DNA of 32,000 bases from Streptococcus rubneri (GCF_004785935.1 NZ_SRRP01000002.1:49616-81615), one strand, 5' to 3'. Shown: positions 1-11,703, counted from the stretch's first letter. Notes: generated by a model from the sequence alone, not told the origin. Numbers and translations: made by a program.

Positions 1-351
1 GATCCGAAAACCATCGAATCCAAATATGATGGGGCCTATTCTTACAATGCTTGTCGACTACCGTACAACTTAGCGCAAAGTCAGGATAAGACTAGTCAGA
101 AACTGGTTAAAAAGATGTTAGACTTCTTCATGAAGCAACGGAATATCTATGCTGGTTACGACCTAAAAGGAAATACCTTAAATCAACACCAGGCAGCTAG
201 CTTTATTGCACCAGTTGTTTATGCGGCAGCAGATGAAAACGACTACCTCAAATTGGTCCAACAAAGTAAATATATTTTTATGCAAGATCTTCCGTTAGGG
301 AACTATTATGATGCGACCATGACGACGATGATTGCCTTGGATCTCTTCTAA
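1..351 (+). CDS. C-terminal fragment of glycosyl hydrolase family 8-like protein (5' end outside window)
   Basis: Open frame continues from base 1 (DPKTIESKYDGAYSYNACRLPYNLAQ...) into ORF 115..351; the 'YNACRLPYNLA' stretch resembles the GH8 'DACRxPW' region. Confidence 0.6.
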   Translation, partial: DPKTIESKYDGAYSYNACRLPYNLAQSQDKTSQKLVKKMLDFFMKQRNIYAGYDLKGNTLNQHQAASFIAPVVYAAADENDYLKLVQQSKYIFMQDLPLGNYYDATMTTMIALDLF

Positions 352-398
352 GAAGCCAATCAGCTACTGAGTCTTGCAGTTATTGCTATTATTAATCG

Positions 399-428
399 AA
401 GGCTGGGTACTTACCCCAGCCTTTTTTT
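399..428 (+). terminator. Rho-independent terminator
   Basis: AGGCTGGG-tactta-CCCCAGCC followed by TTTTTTT. Confidence 0.85.
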
Positions 429-587
429 CTGTCAAAAAAAAGACTGGATAGGGAAAAGTCGTACACTTTTAGAAGAATTTATAGGAAAAAATCTGGAATA
501 ATCTACTGAATTGACTTTCTTAAGCAGAATTCTTTCAATATCAAAGGATTTTATATATAATATTTTATACAGGAAATGGAGAGAAAG

Positions 588-980
588 ATGTATCAAGTAA
601 TTGAGATGTATGGAGATTCTGAACCTTGGTGGTTTTTAGAAGATTGGGAAAAAGACATCGTCAGTAGTCGCCACTTTGATGATTACTATGAAGCCTTGAA
701 ATATTATAAGCAGAAGTGGCTAGTCCTAAGAGGACAATCTCCTCTTTTCAAAAGTCGAAGTGACCTAATGACCATATTTTGGGATCCTCAAGATCGAAGA
801 TGGTGTGAAGAATGTGTAGAATATGTTCAGCAGTATCATTCCATTGCTTTGTTAGAAAATGACGAAAAAATACCAAACAGTAAACTACGTCCTGGCTATG
901 AAAAAGGGAATGGGCACAGAATCCACCGCTCTTGCAAAATTGGGTTCGACACAAAGAAAATAGAAACGAGAAATCCGTGA
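588..980 (+). CDS. DUF1033 family protein
   Basis: MYQVIEMYGDSEPWWFLEDWEKDI...; small protein immediately upstream of the comG operon as in other streptococci; likely start 588 with GGAGAG upstream. Confidence 0.8.
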   Translation: MYQVIEMYGDSEPWWFLEDWEKDIVSSRHFDDYYEALKYYKQKWLVLRGQSPLFKSRSDLMTIFWDPQDRRWCEECVEYVQQYHSIALLENDEKIPNSKLRPGYEKGNGHRIHRSCKIGFDTKKIETRNP

Positions 981-1044
981 AGTGCATAGGATTTCTCTTT
1001 TTTTATCCATTTTTTTGATGAGAGGATGATTTAAGGGAATCTTT

Positions 1045-1052
1045 TACGAATA
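1045..1052 (+). promoter_or_regulatory. com-box (SigX/ComX-dependent late competence promoter)
   Basis: Exact TACGAATA, 21 bp upstream of the comYA ATG at 1073, after a T-rich run. Confidence 0.9.
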
Positions 1053-1072
1053 TTATAGTGAAAGGAGGAAAT

Positions 1073-2014
1073 ATGGTTCAAGAAATTGCCCAAGCTATTA
1101 TTCGTAGAGCCCACCAAGAAGAGGCTCAGGATATTTATTTTGTGCCTCGTGCTAGAGAATACCAGCTCTATTTGAGGATTGGAGATGAAAGGCGCTTTGT
1201 TCAATCGTATGAGAGAGAGCAGATGGCAGCGGTCATCAGTCATTTTAAGTTTGTAGCAGGGATGAATGTCGGAGAGAGGCGAAGGAGTCAGTTAGGTTCC
1301 TGTGATTATGCTTTAGGAGACATCGTCTTATCCTTACGTCTATCCACCGTAGGAGATTACCGAGGGGATGAAAGTCTTGTCATTCGCCTCTTACATAATC
1401 AGGAACGAGAACTCCGCTTTTGGTTTGATCAGCTTCAGGAGTTAGAAGAAAAGGTGAGTGGGAGAGGGCTTTATCTATTCTCAGGCCCAGTCGGATCGGG
1501 GAAGACGACCCTGATGCATGCCTTGGCCAAGGGGAAATTTGCAGGCCAGCAGGTCATGTCCATCGAAGACCCGGTAGAAATCAAACAAGAAGAAGTCTTG
1601 CAACTGCAACTAAATGAAGCGATTGGTATGACCTATGATTCTTTAATCAAACTTTCCTTGCGGCATCGCCCAGATTTATTGATGATTGGTGAAATCCGAG
1701 ACCAAGAGACAGCCAGAGCTGTTGTTCGGGCTAGCTTGACAGGTGTTACAGTTTTTTCGACCATCCATGCAAAGAGTATTCCAGGAGTCTATGAGCGTCT
1801 ACTGGAGCTAGGAGTGAGCGAGGAGGAATTAAAGATTGTACTCCAAGGGGTTTGCTACCAGCGCTTGATTAAGGGAGGAGGTGTCACAGACTTTGTCACC
1901 AAAGACTATCAACAGCATTCCAGCAAAAAATGGAACCAACAAATTGATGCACTTTATGAAGCTGGATATATCCAGCTGGATCAGGCGCAAGCCGAAAAAA
2001 TTATCGATTGCTAA
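1073..2014 (+). CDS. comYA: Competence type IV pilus ATPase ComGA/ComYA
   Basis: Secretion ATPase motifs: Walker A GPVGSGKTTLMHAL, HRPDLLMIGEIRDQETA; AAAGGAGG RBS before ATG 1073. Confidence 0.95.
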   Translation: MVQEIAQAIIRRAHQEEAQDIYFVPRAREYQLYLRIGDERRFVQSYEREQMAAVISHFKFVAGMNVGERRRSQLGSCDYALGDIVLSLRLSTVGDYRGDESLVIRLLHNQERELRFWFDQLQELEEKVSGRGLYLFSGPVGSGKTTLMHALAKGKFAGQQVMSIEDPVEIKQEEVLQLQLNEAIGMTYDSLIKLSLRHRPDLLMIGEIRDQETARAVVRASLTGVTVFSTIHAKSIPGVYERLLELGVSEEELKIVLQGVCYQRLIKGGGVTDFVTKDYQQHSSKKWNQQIDALYEAGYIQLDQAQAEKIIDC

Positions 2015-2978
2015 ACAAAGTCATGTGATTGAGCTTTTCCATAATCTATATTGCAGTGGTTTTCACCTGTCTGAGATTATTGACTTTCTAGGACGCAGTC
2101 AGTTGGTAGAGCCAGCTTTTGTAGAAGCCATGCGGACCAGCCTGGCTAACGGCAAGTCCCTATCTGGAATTTTATCCGATTTAGGCTTCTCAGATCAGGT
2201 AACGACCCAATTGGCCTTGGCAGAGCTCCATGGAAATGTGACCCTTAGTTTGGAAAAGATTCGTAGCTATTTAGAAAATTTGACCCAGGTCCGCAAAAAG
2301 TTAGTGGAGGTTGCGACCTATCCCCTCCTCTTATTGGGCTTTTTAGTCTTGATTATGCTAGGCTTAAAAAATTACCTGCTTCCCCAGTTGGATAGCCAGA
2401 ATGGGGCGACCCGTTTTATCAGTGTCTTTCCTCAGTATTTTTTGATAGGAAGTTTCCTTTTTGCGCTCATCGGCTGTTTCCTCTTTATCGTAGGACGCCG
2501 ATCGAGACGTTTGCCTTTAGTTAGCTGTTTAGCTCGTCTCCCTCTTATCCGTCCTTTTTTGCAGGATTACCTGACGGCCTATTACGCTCGTGAATGGGGG
2601 AATATGATTGCTCAAGGTTTGGAGTTGAGCCAAGTGTTTCCTATGATGCAAGCTCAACGTTCTCAGCTTTTTCGCGAGATTGGACGGGATTTAGAGATGG
2701 CTTTAGCCAACGGTAGATCCTTTTCAGAGCACATTCAGACCTATTCCTTCTTTAAGAATGAATTGACTCTCATGATTGAGTATGGGGAAGCTAAGTCCAA
2801 GTTAGGAAGTGAGTTAGAAGTGTTTGCAGATAAGACCTGGGAAGGTTTTTTTCATCGCTTGAATAAAGCCATGAATCTGGTCCAACCCTTGGTGTTTATT
2901 TTTGTCGCTCTGATGATTGTTTTACTCTATGCAGCCATGTTGCTGCCGATCTATGAAAATTTAGAGGTACATCTATGA
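1947..2978 (+). CDS. comYB: Competence pilus assembly membrane protein ComGB/ComYB
   Basis: Polytopic GspF-like protein (IELFHNLYCSGFHLSEIIDFLGRSQLV...); probable start within the ORF at M(HFMKLDISSW) about 1947; overlaps comYA. Confidence 0.9.
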   Translation: MHFMKLDISSWIRRKPKKLSIAKQSHVIELFHNLYCSGFHLSEIIDFLGRSQLVEPAFVEAMRTSLANGKSLSGILSDLGFSDQVTTQLALAELHGNVTLSLEKIRSYLENLTQVRKKLVEVATYPLLLLGFLVLIMLGLKNYLLPQLDSQNGATRFISVFPQYFLIGSFLFALIGCFLFIVGRRSRRLPLVSCLARLPLIRPFLQDYLTAYYAREWGNMIAQGLELSQVFPMMQAQRSQLFREIGRDLEMALANGRSFSEHIQTYSFFKNELTLMIEYGEAKSKLGSELEVFADKTWEGFFHRLNKAMNLVQPLVFIFVALMIVLLYAAMLLPIYENLEVHL

Positions 2979-3292
2979 AATCATTTCACAAATTGAAAGT
3001 ACAAGCTTTTACTCTGATTGAAATGCTTGTTGTTTTGCTGATTATCAGCGTTCTTCTTTTGCTCTTTGTTCCGAATTTGACCAAGCAGAAAGATTCGGTA
3101 ACAGATACAGGAAATCGTGCGGTGGTCAAAGTTGTAGAGAGTCAGGCTGAACTCTACGAACTCAATCATACCAATGAAACAGCCAGCCTTTCTAAGCTGG
3201 TGGCAGAAGGGCAGATCACCCAAAAACAAGCAGAGGCTTATCGAGCCCATTACAAAAAGAATACAGGTGATCAGCGTGCGGTTGCAGATTAA
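2975..3292 (+). CDS. comYC: Major competence pseudopilin ComGC/ComYC
   Basis: Prepilin motif QAFTLIEMLVVLLIISVLLLLFVPNL; 4-nt overlap with comYB. Confidence 0.95.
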   Translation: MKSFHKLKVQAFTLIEMLVVLLIISVLLLLFVPNLTKQKDSVTDTGNRAVVKVVESQAELYELNHTNETASLSKLVAEGQITQKQAEAYRAHYKKNTGDQRAVAD

Positions 3293-3686
3293 GGCCTTCA
3301 CTTTGCTAGAAAGCCTGTTGACATTGGGAATTGTAAGTCTTGCCTGCTGGCTTTTATCAGGATCGATCTATCAAGCCTTTGATCAGGTGGAAGAAAAGCT
3401 CTTTTTTTCTGAGTTTGAGCGGGTCTACCAAGAGACGCAAAAGATGAGTATAGGAAGAGAGGAGAAAGGGATCCTCACCATCGATCAGAAGGGGGTCCGT
3501 AGCCCTTATCAAGAACTTTCCCTTCCGAAGGGTGTTCAACTTATCAAAGAGAGCCAAATTGTCTTTAATGGAGCGGGAGGAAATTCTTCCTTGACTAAGA
3601 TTCAATTTCAAACGGAGAAAGAGGTGGTGACCTATCAGTTGGCGATTGGGAATGGAAAAATTAAGAAATCAACGACTCCGCGCTAG
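3267..3686 (+). CDS. comYD: Competence pseudopilin ComGD/ComYD
   Basis: KAFTLLESLLTLGIVSLACW prepilin motif; likely GTG start at 3267 overlapping the comYC 3' end. Confidence 0.88.
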   Translation: MISVRLQIKAFTLLESLLTLGIVSLACWLLSGSIYQAFDQVEEKLFFSEFERVYQETQKMSIGREEKGILTIDQKGVRSPYQELSLPKGVQLIKESQIVFNGAGGNSSLTKIQFQTEKEVVTYQLAIGNGKIKKSTTPR

Positions 3687-3945
3687 TCTTTTGTTTGAAG
3701 GTTTGATTGCTCTAGCCATTTTTGCCTCTCTGACGACACTTTTGCTGGGAGAAATACGTCAATCTCGTCAAAGAAGACTAGAGGAGTTACAGAAGGCAGA
3801 AGTCTTGCGAGTCGCAAAAATGGCTATCCAGACAAGGCAGGATCAATTGACCATCAACCAGGTCAGTGTTCAAGTGGAGAAATCTGCCAAGTCCTTAAAG
3901 GTCTATCATGAGGGAAAGGTTGTGATTGCTGTTGAAAAGAAATAA
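3646..3945 (+). CDS. comYE: Competence pseudopilin ComGE/ComYE
   Basis: RASLLFEGLIALAIFASLTTLLLGEI N-terminal hydrophobic helix; operon position. Confidence 0.85.
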   Translation: MGMEKLRNQRLRASLLFEGLIALAIFASLTTLLLGEIRQSRQRRLEELQKAEVLRVAKMAIQTRQDQLTINQVSVQVEKSAKSLKVYHEGKVVIAVEKK

Positions 3946-4381
3946 ACTTCCAGCCTTTACTTTATTGGAGGCCTTGGTTGCCCTGCTCGTTATCAGTGGT
4001 GGTTTATTGGTGTTTCAAGGATTGACAAGCCTCTTGCGTCAAGAACTCCAGTACCAAAGCCAAATCAAGCAAGAAGAGTGGTTGCTTTTTCAGGACCAAC
4101 TGGACATTGAATTATCTCGGAGCCAATTTGAAGGGGTCAGAGACAATAAACTCTATCTTGTTCAGGATCAGAAACCCATAGCCATTGGATTGGCTAAAGG
4201 GGGAGATATCCGAAAGACAGATGCGACTGGCCGTGGCTACCAACCGATGATAGAAGGCGTTGAATCCGCCTTGATTGAAAAAAGTGGGGATCTGGTGTCT
4301 ATTCAACTGCGTTTTGAAGAAGGGTTAGAAAGGGAGGTGGTCTATCGTGTGGTGGAAAAGGATAAAAAAGAAGCAGATTGA
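3926..4381 (+). CDS. comYF: Competence pseudopilin ComGF/ComYF
   Basis: LPAFTLLEALVALLVISGGLLVFQGL; ComGF-like body (WLLFQDQLDIELSRSQFEGV). Confidence 0.88.
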   Translation: MLLKRNKLPAFTLLEALVALLVISGGLLVFQGLTSLLRQELQYQSQIKQEEWLLFQDQLDIELSRSQFEGVRDNKLYLVQDQKPIAIGLAKGGDIRKTDATGRGYQPMIEGVESALIEKSGDLVSIQLRFEEGLEREVVYRVVEKDKKEAD

Positions 4382-4793
4382 GGCTGGAATCCTCCTTTAT
4401 GCCCTCTTTATGTCGGCGGTTTTTAGTCTTTTGCTTCAGTTCTATCTGAATCGGCAAGTGGCAGAGAGACGGATCCTCCTTGCTAGTCAGCACCGGATTC
4501 AGGCTTATGCGCAAGCTCAATTGGCTGTTGATACTTGGGACCGGGAAGAAAAAACAATGACCTTCTCAACTGGCCGAGTCGATTTGGAAGAAAAATCGGA
4601 CTTTGCTGAGGTCAGCAGTCACTTAGAGGATGGGAGAACCTACCATTTCACCTTTGCCCTTCCTCCTAGCGAGAAGAAAAAAACCGACAAGAAGAAAAAG
4701 CAGAAGCAAGCTCCAGATTCAGCTACAGACCACTCGACCACAACTGAGGAAGAGAAGCCTCAGGTCTTCGAAAAGCATAGCGAAAACTCTTAA
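4347..4793 (+). CDS. comYG: Competence pilus protein ComGG/ComYG
   Basis: KKKQIEAGILLYALFMSAVFSLLLQFYLNRQVAERR; operon position, overlaps comYF. Confidence 0.82.
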   Translation: MWWKRIKKKQIEAGILLYALFMSAVFSLLLQFYLNRQVAERRILLASQHRIQAYAQAQLAVDTWDREEKTMTFSTGRVDLEEKSDFAEVSSHLEDGRTYHFTFALPPSEKKKTDKKKKQKQAPDSATDHSTTTEEEKPQVFEKHSENS

Positions 4794-4824
4794 AATTTGA
4801 TATGATTAAGAGATGGAGGAAAGC

Positions 4825-5778
4825 ATGAATTTCGAAAAAATTGAGAAAGCCTACGGCTACCTATTAGAAAATACCCAAACTATTCAAAATGATTTGCAGA
4901 GCAACTTTTATGATGCTCTAGTGGAGCAGAATGCCATCTATCTGGATGGGCAAACAGAGTTGACTCTAGTGAAGGGAAACAACCAGCGGCTGAAGGACTT
5001 GAACTTGAACAAGGAAGAATGGCGTCGCTCCTTCCAATATCTATTGATGAAGGCAGCCCAAACAGAGCCCCTACAAGCCAATCACCAATTTACGCCAGAT
5101 GGGATTGGATTTCTTCTGGTCTTTCTAGTGGATCAGTTGGCTAGTTCTGACAAAGTAGATGTGCTAGAAATGGGAAGTGGAACAGGAAACTTAGCCCAAA
5201 CCTTGATGAACAACTGTCAGCGCTCGTTAGATTATTTGGGATTGGAAATCGATGATCTCTTGATTGACCTTGCGGCCAGTATGGCAGAAGTGATGAAGGC
5301 AGATGTGAATTTTGCCCAAGGTGATGCCGTTCGGCCACAGGTTTTGAAGGAGAGCGATGTGATTATCAGCGATTTACCTGTCGGTTATTATCCAGATGAT
5401 GCCATTGCGAGTCGTTACCAGGTCGCTTCCCCTCAGGGCCACACCTATGCCCATCATTTATTGATCGAACAATCACTAAAATACTTAAAACCGGGTGGCG
5501 TCGCTATTTTTCTAGCTCCGAATGATCTTTTGACGAGTGAGCAGAGCCCACTGTTGAAAAAATGGATGCAAGATCATGCTCAGGTCTTGGCCATGGTGAC
5601 CTTGCCAGAGAACCTCTTTCGATCAGCCAATCTGGCAAAAACCATCTTTGTTTTACGCAAGCAAGAAGAAGCGGTAATCCAACCATTTGTCTATCCCTTG
5701 ACCGATTTGCAAAATCAGGAAGACGTTATGAAATTCCGTGAAAGTTTTCAAAACTGGAATAAAGAAAGTGAAATTTAA
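4825..5778 (+). CDS. comYH: Class I SAM-dependent methyltransferase (ComYH-like)
   Basis: VLEMGSGTGNLAQTL and 'VIISDLPVGYYP' (N6-MTase-like) motifs; conserved last gene after comYG, followed by ackA. Confidence 0.85.
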   Translation: MNFEKIEKAYGYLLENTQTIQNDLQSNFYDALVEQNAIYLDGQTELTLVKGNNQRLKDLNLNKEEWRRSFQYLLMKAAQTEPLQANHQFTPDGIGFLLVFLVDQLASSDKVDVLEMGSGTGNLAQTLMNNCQRSLDYLGLEIDDLLIDLAASMAEVMKADVNFAQGDAVRPQVLKESDVIISDLPVGYYPDDAIASRYQVASPQGHTYAHHLLIEQSLKYLKPGGVAIFLAPNDLLTSEQSPLLKKWMQDHAQVLAMVTLPENLFRSANLAKTIFVLRKQEEAVIQPFVYPLTDLQNQEDVMKFRESFQNWNKESEI

Positions 5779-5801
5779 ACAAAATTTTGCTATAATAGGA
5801 G

Positions 5802-5815
5802 TGAAAACGCTTAAA
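5802..5815 (+). promoter_or_regulatory. cre (CcpA) site overlapping the ackA start region
   Basis: TGAAAACGCTTAAA matches TGWAANCGNTNWCA at 13 of 14; -10 TATAAT at 5791-5796. Confidence 0.75.
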
Positions 5816-5826
5816 GAGGTAAAAAA

Positions 5827-7023
5827 ATGACGAAAACAATTGCAATTAATGCAGGTAGTTCAAGTTTGAAATGGCAATTATACCAAATGCCAGAAGAAAC
5901 AGTTTTGGCAAAAGGGCTCATCGAGAGAATTGGACTTAAAGATTCCATTTCTACAGTAAAATTTGATGGTCGAGCAGAAAAACAGGTTTTAGATATTGAG
6001 AACCACACACAAGCGGTTAAAATTCTACTTGATGATTTGATTCGTTTTCACATTATTGCATCTTACGATGAAATCACTGGAGTGGGACACCGTGTCGTTG
6101 CAGGTGGTGAGTATTTCAAAGAATCTGCTCTTGTAGATGAAGAAGTGATTCAAAAGGTTGAGGAACTTTCTTTGTTGGCTCCATTGCACAACCCTGCCAA
6201 TGCTGCTGGGATCCGTGCCTTCAAAGAATTGTTGCCAGATATTACCAGCGTTGTTGTATTTGACACCTCTTTCCATACAACAATGCCTGAAAAAGCTTAT
6301 CGTTATCCTCTTCCGACTAAATATTATACTGAAAACAAGGTTCGTAAATATGGAGCCCATGGAACCAGTCATGAGTATGTAGCCCACGAAGCGGCCAAGC
6401 TTCTTGGAAAACCAATCGAAGAGTTGAAATTGATCACCTGCCACATTGGGAATGGTGCTTCTATTACAGCGGTAGATAAAGGGATTTCTGTAGATACTTC
6501 TATGGGCTTCACGCCACTTGGTGGAATCATGATGGGAACACGTACAGGGGATATTGACCCTGCCATTATTCCTTACTTGATGGAGCACACAGAAGATTTC
6601 AAAAATCCAGAAAATATCAGTCGTATCTTGAACCGTGAATCTGGTCTTCTAGGGGTGTCTGAGCTTTCTAGCGATATGCGTGATATTCACGAAGCTATGC
6701 GCAGTGGGAATGACAAAGCACTCTTGGCCAACGATATTTTTGTCGACCGTATTAAGAAATACATCGGTCAATACTTTGCCGTCTTGAACGGAGCAGATGC
6801 CATTGTCTTTACAGCTGGTATCGGGGAAAATTCTAAAACGATCCGTGGACAAGTCATTGATGGGATGACTTGGTTTGGCTGTGCTGTGGATCCAGAAAAG
6901 AACGTCTTTGGTGCAGAGGGAGATATTTCAACACCGGATGCTAAGGTGAGAGTCTTGGTCATTCCAACAGATGAAGAGTTAGTCATTGCCCGTGATGTAG
7001 AACGGTTGAAAAATAAGCAATAA
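5827..7023 (+). CDS. ackA: Acetate kinase
   Basis: [38 protein letters not shown]..., FTAGIGENS. Confidence 0.97.
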   Translation: MTKTIAINAGSSSLKWQLYQMPEETVLAKGLIERIGLKDSISTVKFDGRAEKQVLDIENHTQAVKILLDDLIRFHIIASYDEITGVGHRVVAGGEYFKESALVDEEVIQKVEELSLLAPLHNPANAAGIRAFKELLPDITSVVVFDTSFHTTMPEKAYRYPLPTKYYTENKVRKYGAHGTSHEYVAHEAAKLLGKPIEELKLITCHIGNGASITAVDKGISVDTSMGFTPLGGIMMGTRTGDIDPAIIPYLMEHTEDFKNPENISRILNRESGLLGVSELSSDMRDIHEAMRSGNDKALLANDIFVDRIKKYIGQYFAVLNGADAIVFTAGIGENSKTIRGQVIDGMTWFGCAVDPEKNVFGAEGDISTPDAKVRVLVIPTDEELVIARDVERLKNKQ

Positions 7024-7041
7024 AATGAATGAAACATGCAG

Positions 7042-7072
7042 AAAGAGGTGGCTTTTCTAGCCCCTCTTTTTC
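7042..7072 (+). terminator. ackA terminator
   Basis: AAAGAGGTGGCT-tttct-AGCCCCTCTTTTT. Confidence 0.8.
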
Positions 7073-7171
7073 ATCTGCTAACCATTTAGATGAGTTCTAT
7101 AGACAACAGGCTTGCTGAGCTTACATATCTATGGTATACTAGAAAAATAGTTTGAACATAGAGGTAAAATA

Positions 7172-7858
7172 ATGAAAAAATGGATGAAAAAGAAATGGAT
7201 TTCGAATGGTTTATGGCTACTGATCGGGACAGCCCTATTTCTAGCGACTCAGCTTCCTATGGTGGCTTTGTTTTACGGAGTTCAATATGCTTGGTCTGAC
7301 TTGATGATCAATGCCCTTGTCCTGGGAATGACAACTCTGCTTGTCTGTCTCCTTTGGTGGTTTATGAAGTGGAGCCCTTTAGATCGGCTAGATTTTTCAC
7401 AGATTTCGGGTCGAGATCTTGGAAGAAATTTCCTTTTCTTTTTGCTTCTACTTGCAAATAATTTTGTGGGAGCTACAGTGCTTCAGAATATAGGAGAGAC
7501 CACTACAGCCAATCAGGAAACAATTCAGGGGCTTTCTTCGGTGGCTCCTCAGCTGGCGATGGGTTTACTTCTTGTTGTTGTGGCGCCTTTAGGAGAAGAA
7601 ATTATCTGTCGGGCAGTCGTTCCCCGATTAGTCTTTAAAGGTTATGAAAAAATTGGTTATTTAGTCGGAGCTGCAGTCTTTGCTTATTTGCATGGTCCAA
7701 GTAATCTTGGTTCTTGGATCATCTATGGTGGAATGTCCCTCATCTTGACTTGGGTCGCTTATCGGTATAAACGTGTAGAATATTCGATTTTATTGCACTT
7801 GACCTTGAATAGTTTTGCCTTTCTGGTAACTATCCTGCTTTCTTTTCTTCCCGCTTAA
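7172..7858 (+). CDS. CPBP family intramembrane (CAAX-like) metalloprotease
   Basis: Multiple TM segments with APLGEEIICRAVVPR and AYLHG..; HLTLNSFAFL motif. Confidence 0.9.
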   Translation: MKKWMKKKWISNGLWLLIGTALFLATQLPMVALFYGVQYAWSDLMINALVLGMTTLLVCLLWWFMKWSPLDRLDFSQISGRDLGRNFLFFLLLLANNFVGATVLQNIGETTTANQETIQGLSSVAPQLAMGLLLVVVAPLGEEIICRAVVPRLVFKGYEKIGYLVGAAVFAYLHGPSNLGSWIIYGGMSLILTWVAYRYKRVEYSILLHLTLNSFAFLVTILLSFLPA

Positions 7859-7950
7859 AATATGGTAGAATGGTATCACCAATGGGTTTATTGAGGGAAC
7901 TTGGGGATTTCGACAGAGTCAGTCAACTAAGTGCAGAAAAACTAGAACTC

Positions 7951-7980
7951 AGAGGTTAGAATGATTCTGACCTCTTTTCT
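7951..7980 (+). terminator. Terminator-like hairpin in the intergenic/leader region upstream of folP
   Basis: AGAGGTTAGA-atgat-TCTGACCTCT followed by TTTTCT; starts 69 bp before the folP ATG. Confidence 0.6.
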
Positions 7981-8012
7981 ATGCCCTATAGGATGCCCAT
8001 ATAGAAAGATAG

Positions 8013-8975
<963 letters not shown>

Positions 8976-8991
8976 AGAAAAGAGAAGAGAT

Positions 8992-10296
8992 ATGACAGTA
9001 GATCTCAGTTGGTTAGCTACGTATCGTTCTTCCGAACCACATTTTGGTTTGGAGCGAATGGAAGCCATACTCGCCTTAAGGGGGAATCCTCACTTAGTCT
9101 GTCCTGTAATCCATTTAGCTGGAACCAATGGAAAGGGTTCGACTATAGCCCATTTACGATCTTTACTAGAGGTTAGAGGATTGCGGGTGGGGGTTTTCTC
9201 CTCTCCCTATCTAGTTTCTTTTAATGAGCAAATCGGTATCAATGGGGTTCCCATTTCGGACAAAGATTTAGAAGATTATTTGGCTCTGTATCGGGATCTG
9301 CTTGAAAGAAATAGTTCTGATCAGACCTTGCTCGGTTTGACAGAGTTCGAATTGATAACGGCCATGGCTTTTGATTATTTTGCAGCAGAGAAGCCAGATG
9401 TGGTCATTATGGAAGTAGGCATGGGTGGCCGTCTCGACAGTACCAATGTTTGTCAGCCTATTTTGACGGCCATCACCACCATTGGTCTGGATCATGTGGC
9501 CCTCTTAGGACCGGATGTGGCCTCGATTGCGCGGGAAAAGGCGGGGATTATCAAGGAAAAAATTCCTGTTTTGCTAGGGCGGATAGAGTTAGAAGCTCAA
9601 GAAGTCATTGTTCAAGAGGCTCATCGTCTATCAGCACCAGTAGAAGTATTAGGACAGGATTTTCTGGTTTGCTACCAAGAGTCACTGGCAGACGGGGAAG
9701 TTTTTACCTACCAGAGTCAGAATCGCTCAGAAGTCCAATTAAAAACAGGCCTTCTGGGAATTTATCAAGTAGACAATGCTGGTCTAGCGCTAGCTCTTTG
9801 TGATGCCTTTTTTCAAGAAAGGGGACTTTCACTTTTAAGTCAGGACGAAATCATCCAGGCCTGGTCCCAGGTTCAATGGCCAGGTAGGCTAGAAATCATT
9901 TCGACTCAACCCCTTATCATTCTGGATGGGGCCCATAATCCACACGCAGTAAGGCCTCTCATAGAAACCTTGCAGGAACGTTATGCCCAGTTGGACAAGC
10001 AAGTATTGTTTACCTGTATCCAAACCAAGGCGATTGAAGAGATGCTAGATCTATGGTTGGAACTGGAAGGAAGTCAATTGACCTTGACGACCTTTGAGGA
10101 TCCGCGAGCCTATTCAGTAAAAGAAACACAGGAGATAGCTCTCCAAAAAGGCTTACCTCATCAGGAGTGGAAGCTATTTTTAACGAATTATATAGAAAAA
10201 GAGTCGCAACAATCTGATCTCCTCTTAGTGACGGGATCCTTATACTTTTTGGCTCAAGTCAGAGCCTTTCTAATCGAAAAAATCAGTAGGAGATGA
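8992..10296 (+). CDS. folC: Bifunctional folylpolyglutamate synthase/dihydrofolate synthase
   Basis: [53 protein letters not shown]. Confidence 0.95.
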   Translation: MTVDLSWLATYRSSEPHFGLERMEAILALRGNPHLVCPVIHLAGTNGKGSTIAHLRSLLEVRGLRVGVFSSPYLVSFNEQIGINGVPISDKDLEDYLALYRDLLERNSSDQTLLGLTEFELITAMAFDYFAAEKPDVVIMEVGMGGRLDSTNVCQPILTAITTIGLDHVALLGPDVASIAREKAGIIKEKIPVLLGRIELEAQEVIVQEAHRLSAPVEVLGQDFLVCYQESLADGEVFTYQSQNRSEVQLKTGLLGIYQVDNAGLALALCDAFFQERGLSLLSQDEIIQAWSQVQWPGRLEIISTQPLIILDGAHNPHAVRPLIETLQERYAQLDKQVLFTCIQTKAIEEMLDLWLELEGSQLTLTTFEDPRAYSVKETQEIALQKGLPHQEWKLFLTNYIEKESQQSDLLLVTGSLYFLAQVRAFLIEKISRR

Positions 10297-10297
10297 A

Positions 10298-10852
10298 ATG
10301 GATACAAAGAAAATTCAAGAAGCCGTGAAGATGATCATCGAAGCAGTCGGTGAAGATGGAAACCGTGAAGGGCTACAAGAAACCCCAGAGCGCATTGCCA
10401 AGATGTACCAGGAGATTTTTGCTGGTCTCAATCAAACTGCTGAAGAGCACTTATCTAAGTCTTTTGAGATTATTGATAACAATATGGTGGTAGAAAAAGA
10501 TATTTTCTTCCATTCCATGTGTGAGCACCATTTCTTGCCTTTCTACGGCAAGGTTCACATTGCCTATATCCCAAATGGACGCGTAGCGGGTCTCTCTAAG
10601 CTGGCTCGGACGGTAGAAGTGTATGCCAAAAAACCTCAAATCCAGGAACGTTTAACTGTGGAAATCGCAGATGCCTTGATGGAGTATCTGGGAGCGCAAG
10701 GAGCCTTGGTATGGGTAGAAGCAGAGCATATGTGTATGAATATGCGAGGAGTCCGGAAACCTGGAACTGCAACGGTAACAACAGCAGCGCGTGGTTTGTT
10801 AGAGACAGATAAAGACTTGAAAAATGAAGCCTACAAGTTGATGGGGCACTAA
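10298..10852 (+). CDS. folE: GTP cyclohydrolase I
   Basis: [34 protein letters not shown]; [17 protein letters not shown]. Confidence 0.97.
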   Translation: MDTKKIQEAVKMIIEAVGEDGNREGLQETPERIAKMYQEIFAGLNQTAEEHLSKSFEIIDNNMVVEKDIFFHSMCEHHFLPFYGKVHIAYIPNGRVAGLSKLARTVEVYAKKPQIQERLTVEIADALMEYLGAQGALVWVEAEHMCMNMRGVRKPGTATVTTAARGLLETDKDLKNEAYKLMGH

Positions 10853-10878
10853 TTTCTAGATCAACAGAGGTAAAAAAA

Positions 10879-11703
10879 GTGGATCAATTACGAATTAAAG
10901 ACTTGGAAGTCTATGCTTATCATGGAGTTTTCCAAGCTGAAAAAGAAATGGGGCAACGCTTTGTCCTAGATGTTTGTATCGATTATGATATGACGCGAAC
11001 AGCTCGTACCGAGGACCTAACGTCATCTATTCATTATGGGATTTTAGCCGAGCAGTTGACAGGATGGATGCAGGGAGATCAGGTTGATTTGATTGAAACG
11101 GTAGCCTTCCAGCTGGTTCAACACATCTTTGAAACCTATAATTTTGTTAGTAAGGTTCGTTTAGAGGTAAAAAAACCTTGGGCACCAGTTGCTCTACCTT
11201 TGGATACTTGTTCTGTCACGATTGAGCGGGAGAAAAAACGGGCCTTTATTGGTCTTGGTAGCAATATGGGAGATAAGGGACAACAGTTAGCAACAGCTGT
11301 ATCTAAATTAGAAGAAAAGGGGATTATGATTCTCCAAACCTCTTCTCAGATTGAGACAGCGCCTTGGGGAGGGGTCGAGCAGGATAGCTTCCTTAACCAA
11401 GTCGTAGAGGTCGAAACCTGGTTTACGCCCCAAGACTTGATTGAGACCTTGCTAGAAATCGAGCTAGAAATGGGTCGGGTCCGTGAGGTCAAATGGGGAC
11501 CACGTGTCATCGATTTAGATCTCCTTTATATGGAGGATTTGATCCTCTATAGTCCGGATTTGATTCTCCCTCATCCTTATGTGGCAGAACGGGCATTTAT
11601 CCTAGAATCCTTAAATGAAATTGCCCCTTACTTTGTGGATCCTGTCCAACGAAAACAGATCCGACAATTGTGGGAGGCTGTGAAAGAAACAAAAGGTAGT
11701 TGA
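10879..11703 (+). CDS. folK: Bifunctional dihydroneopterin aldolase / HPPK (FolB-FolK, SulD-type)
   Basis: N-terminal DHNA domain ([20 protein letters not shown]) fused to C-terminal HPPK ([16 protein letters not shown]...[12 protein letters not shown]...[13 protein letters not shown]); GTG start. Confidence 0.93.
   Translation: MDQLRIKDLEVYAYHGVFQAEKEMGQRFVLDVCIDYDMTRTARTEDLTSSIHYGILAEQLTGWMQGDQVDLIETVAFQLVQHIFETYNFVSKVRLEVKKPWAPVALPLDTCSVTIEREKKRAFIGLGSNMGDKGQQLATAVSKLEEKGIMILQTSSQIETAPWGGVEQDSFLNQVVEVETWFTPQDLIETLLEIELEMGRVREVKWGPRVIDLDLLYMEDLILYSPDLILPHPYVAERAFILESLNEIAPYFVDPVQRKQIRQLWEAVKETKGS

Noticed and set aside
6025-6588. 187-aa minus-strand ORF inside ackA
   Set aside because: Antisense to a confidently identified essential-metabolism CDS; no independent support.
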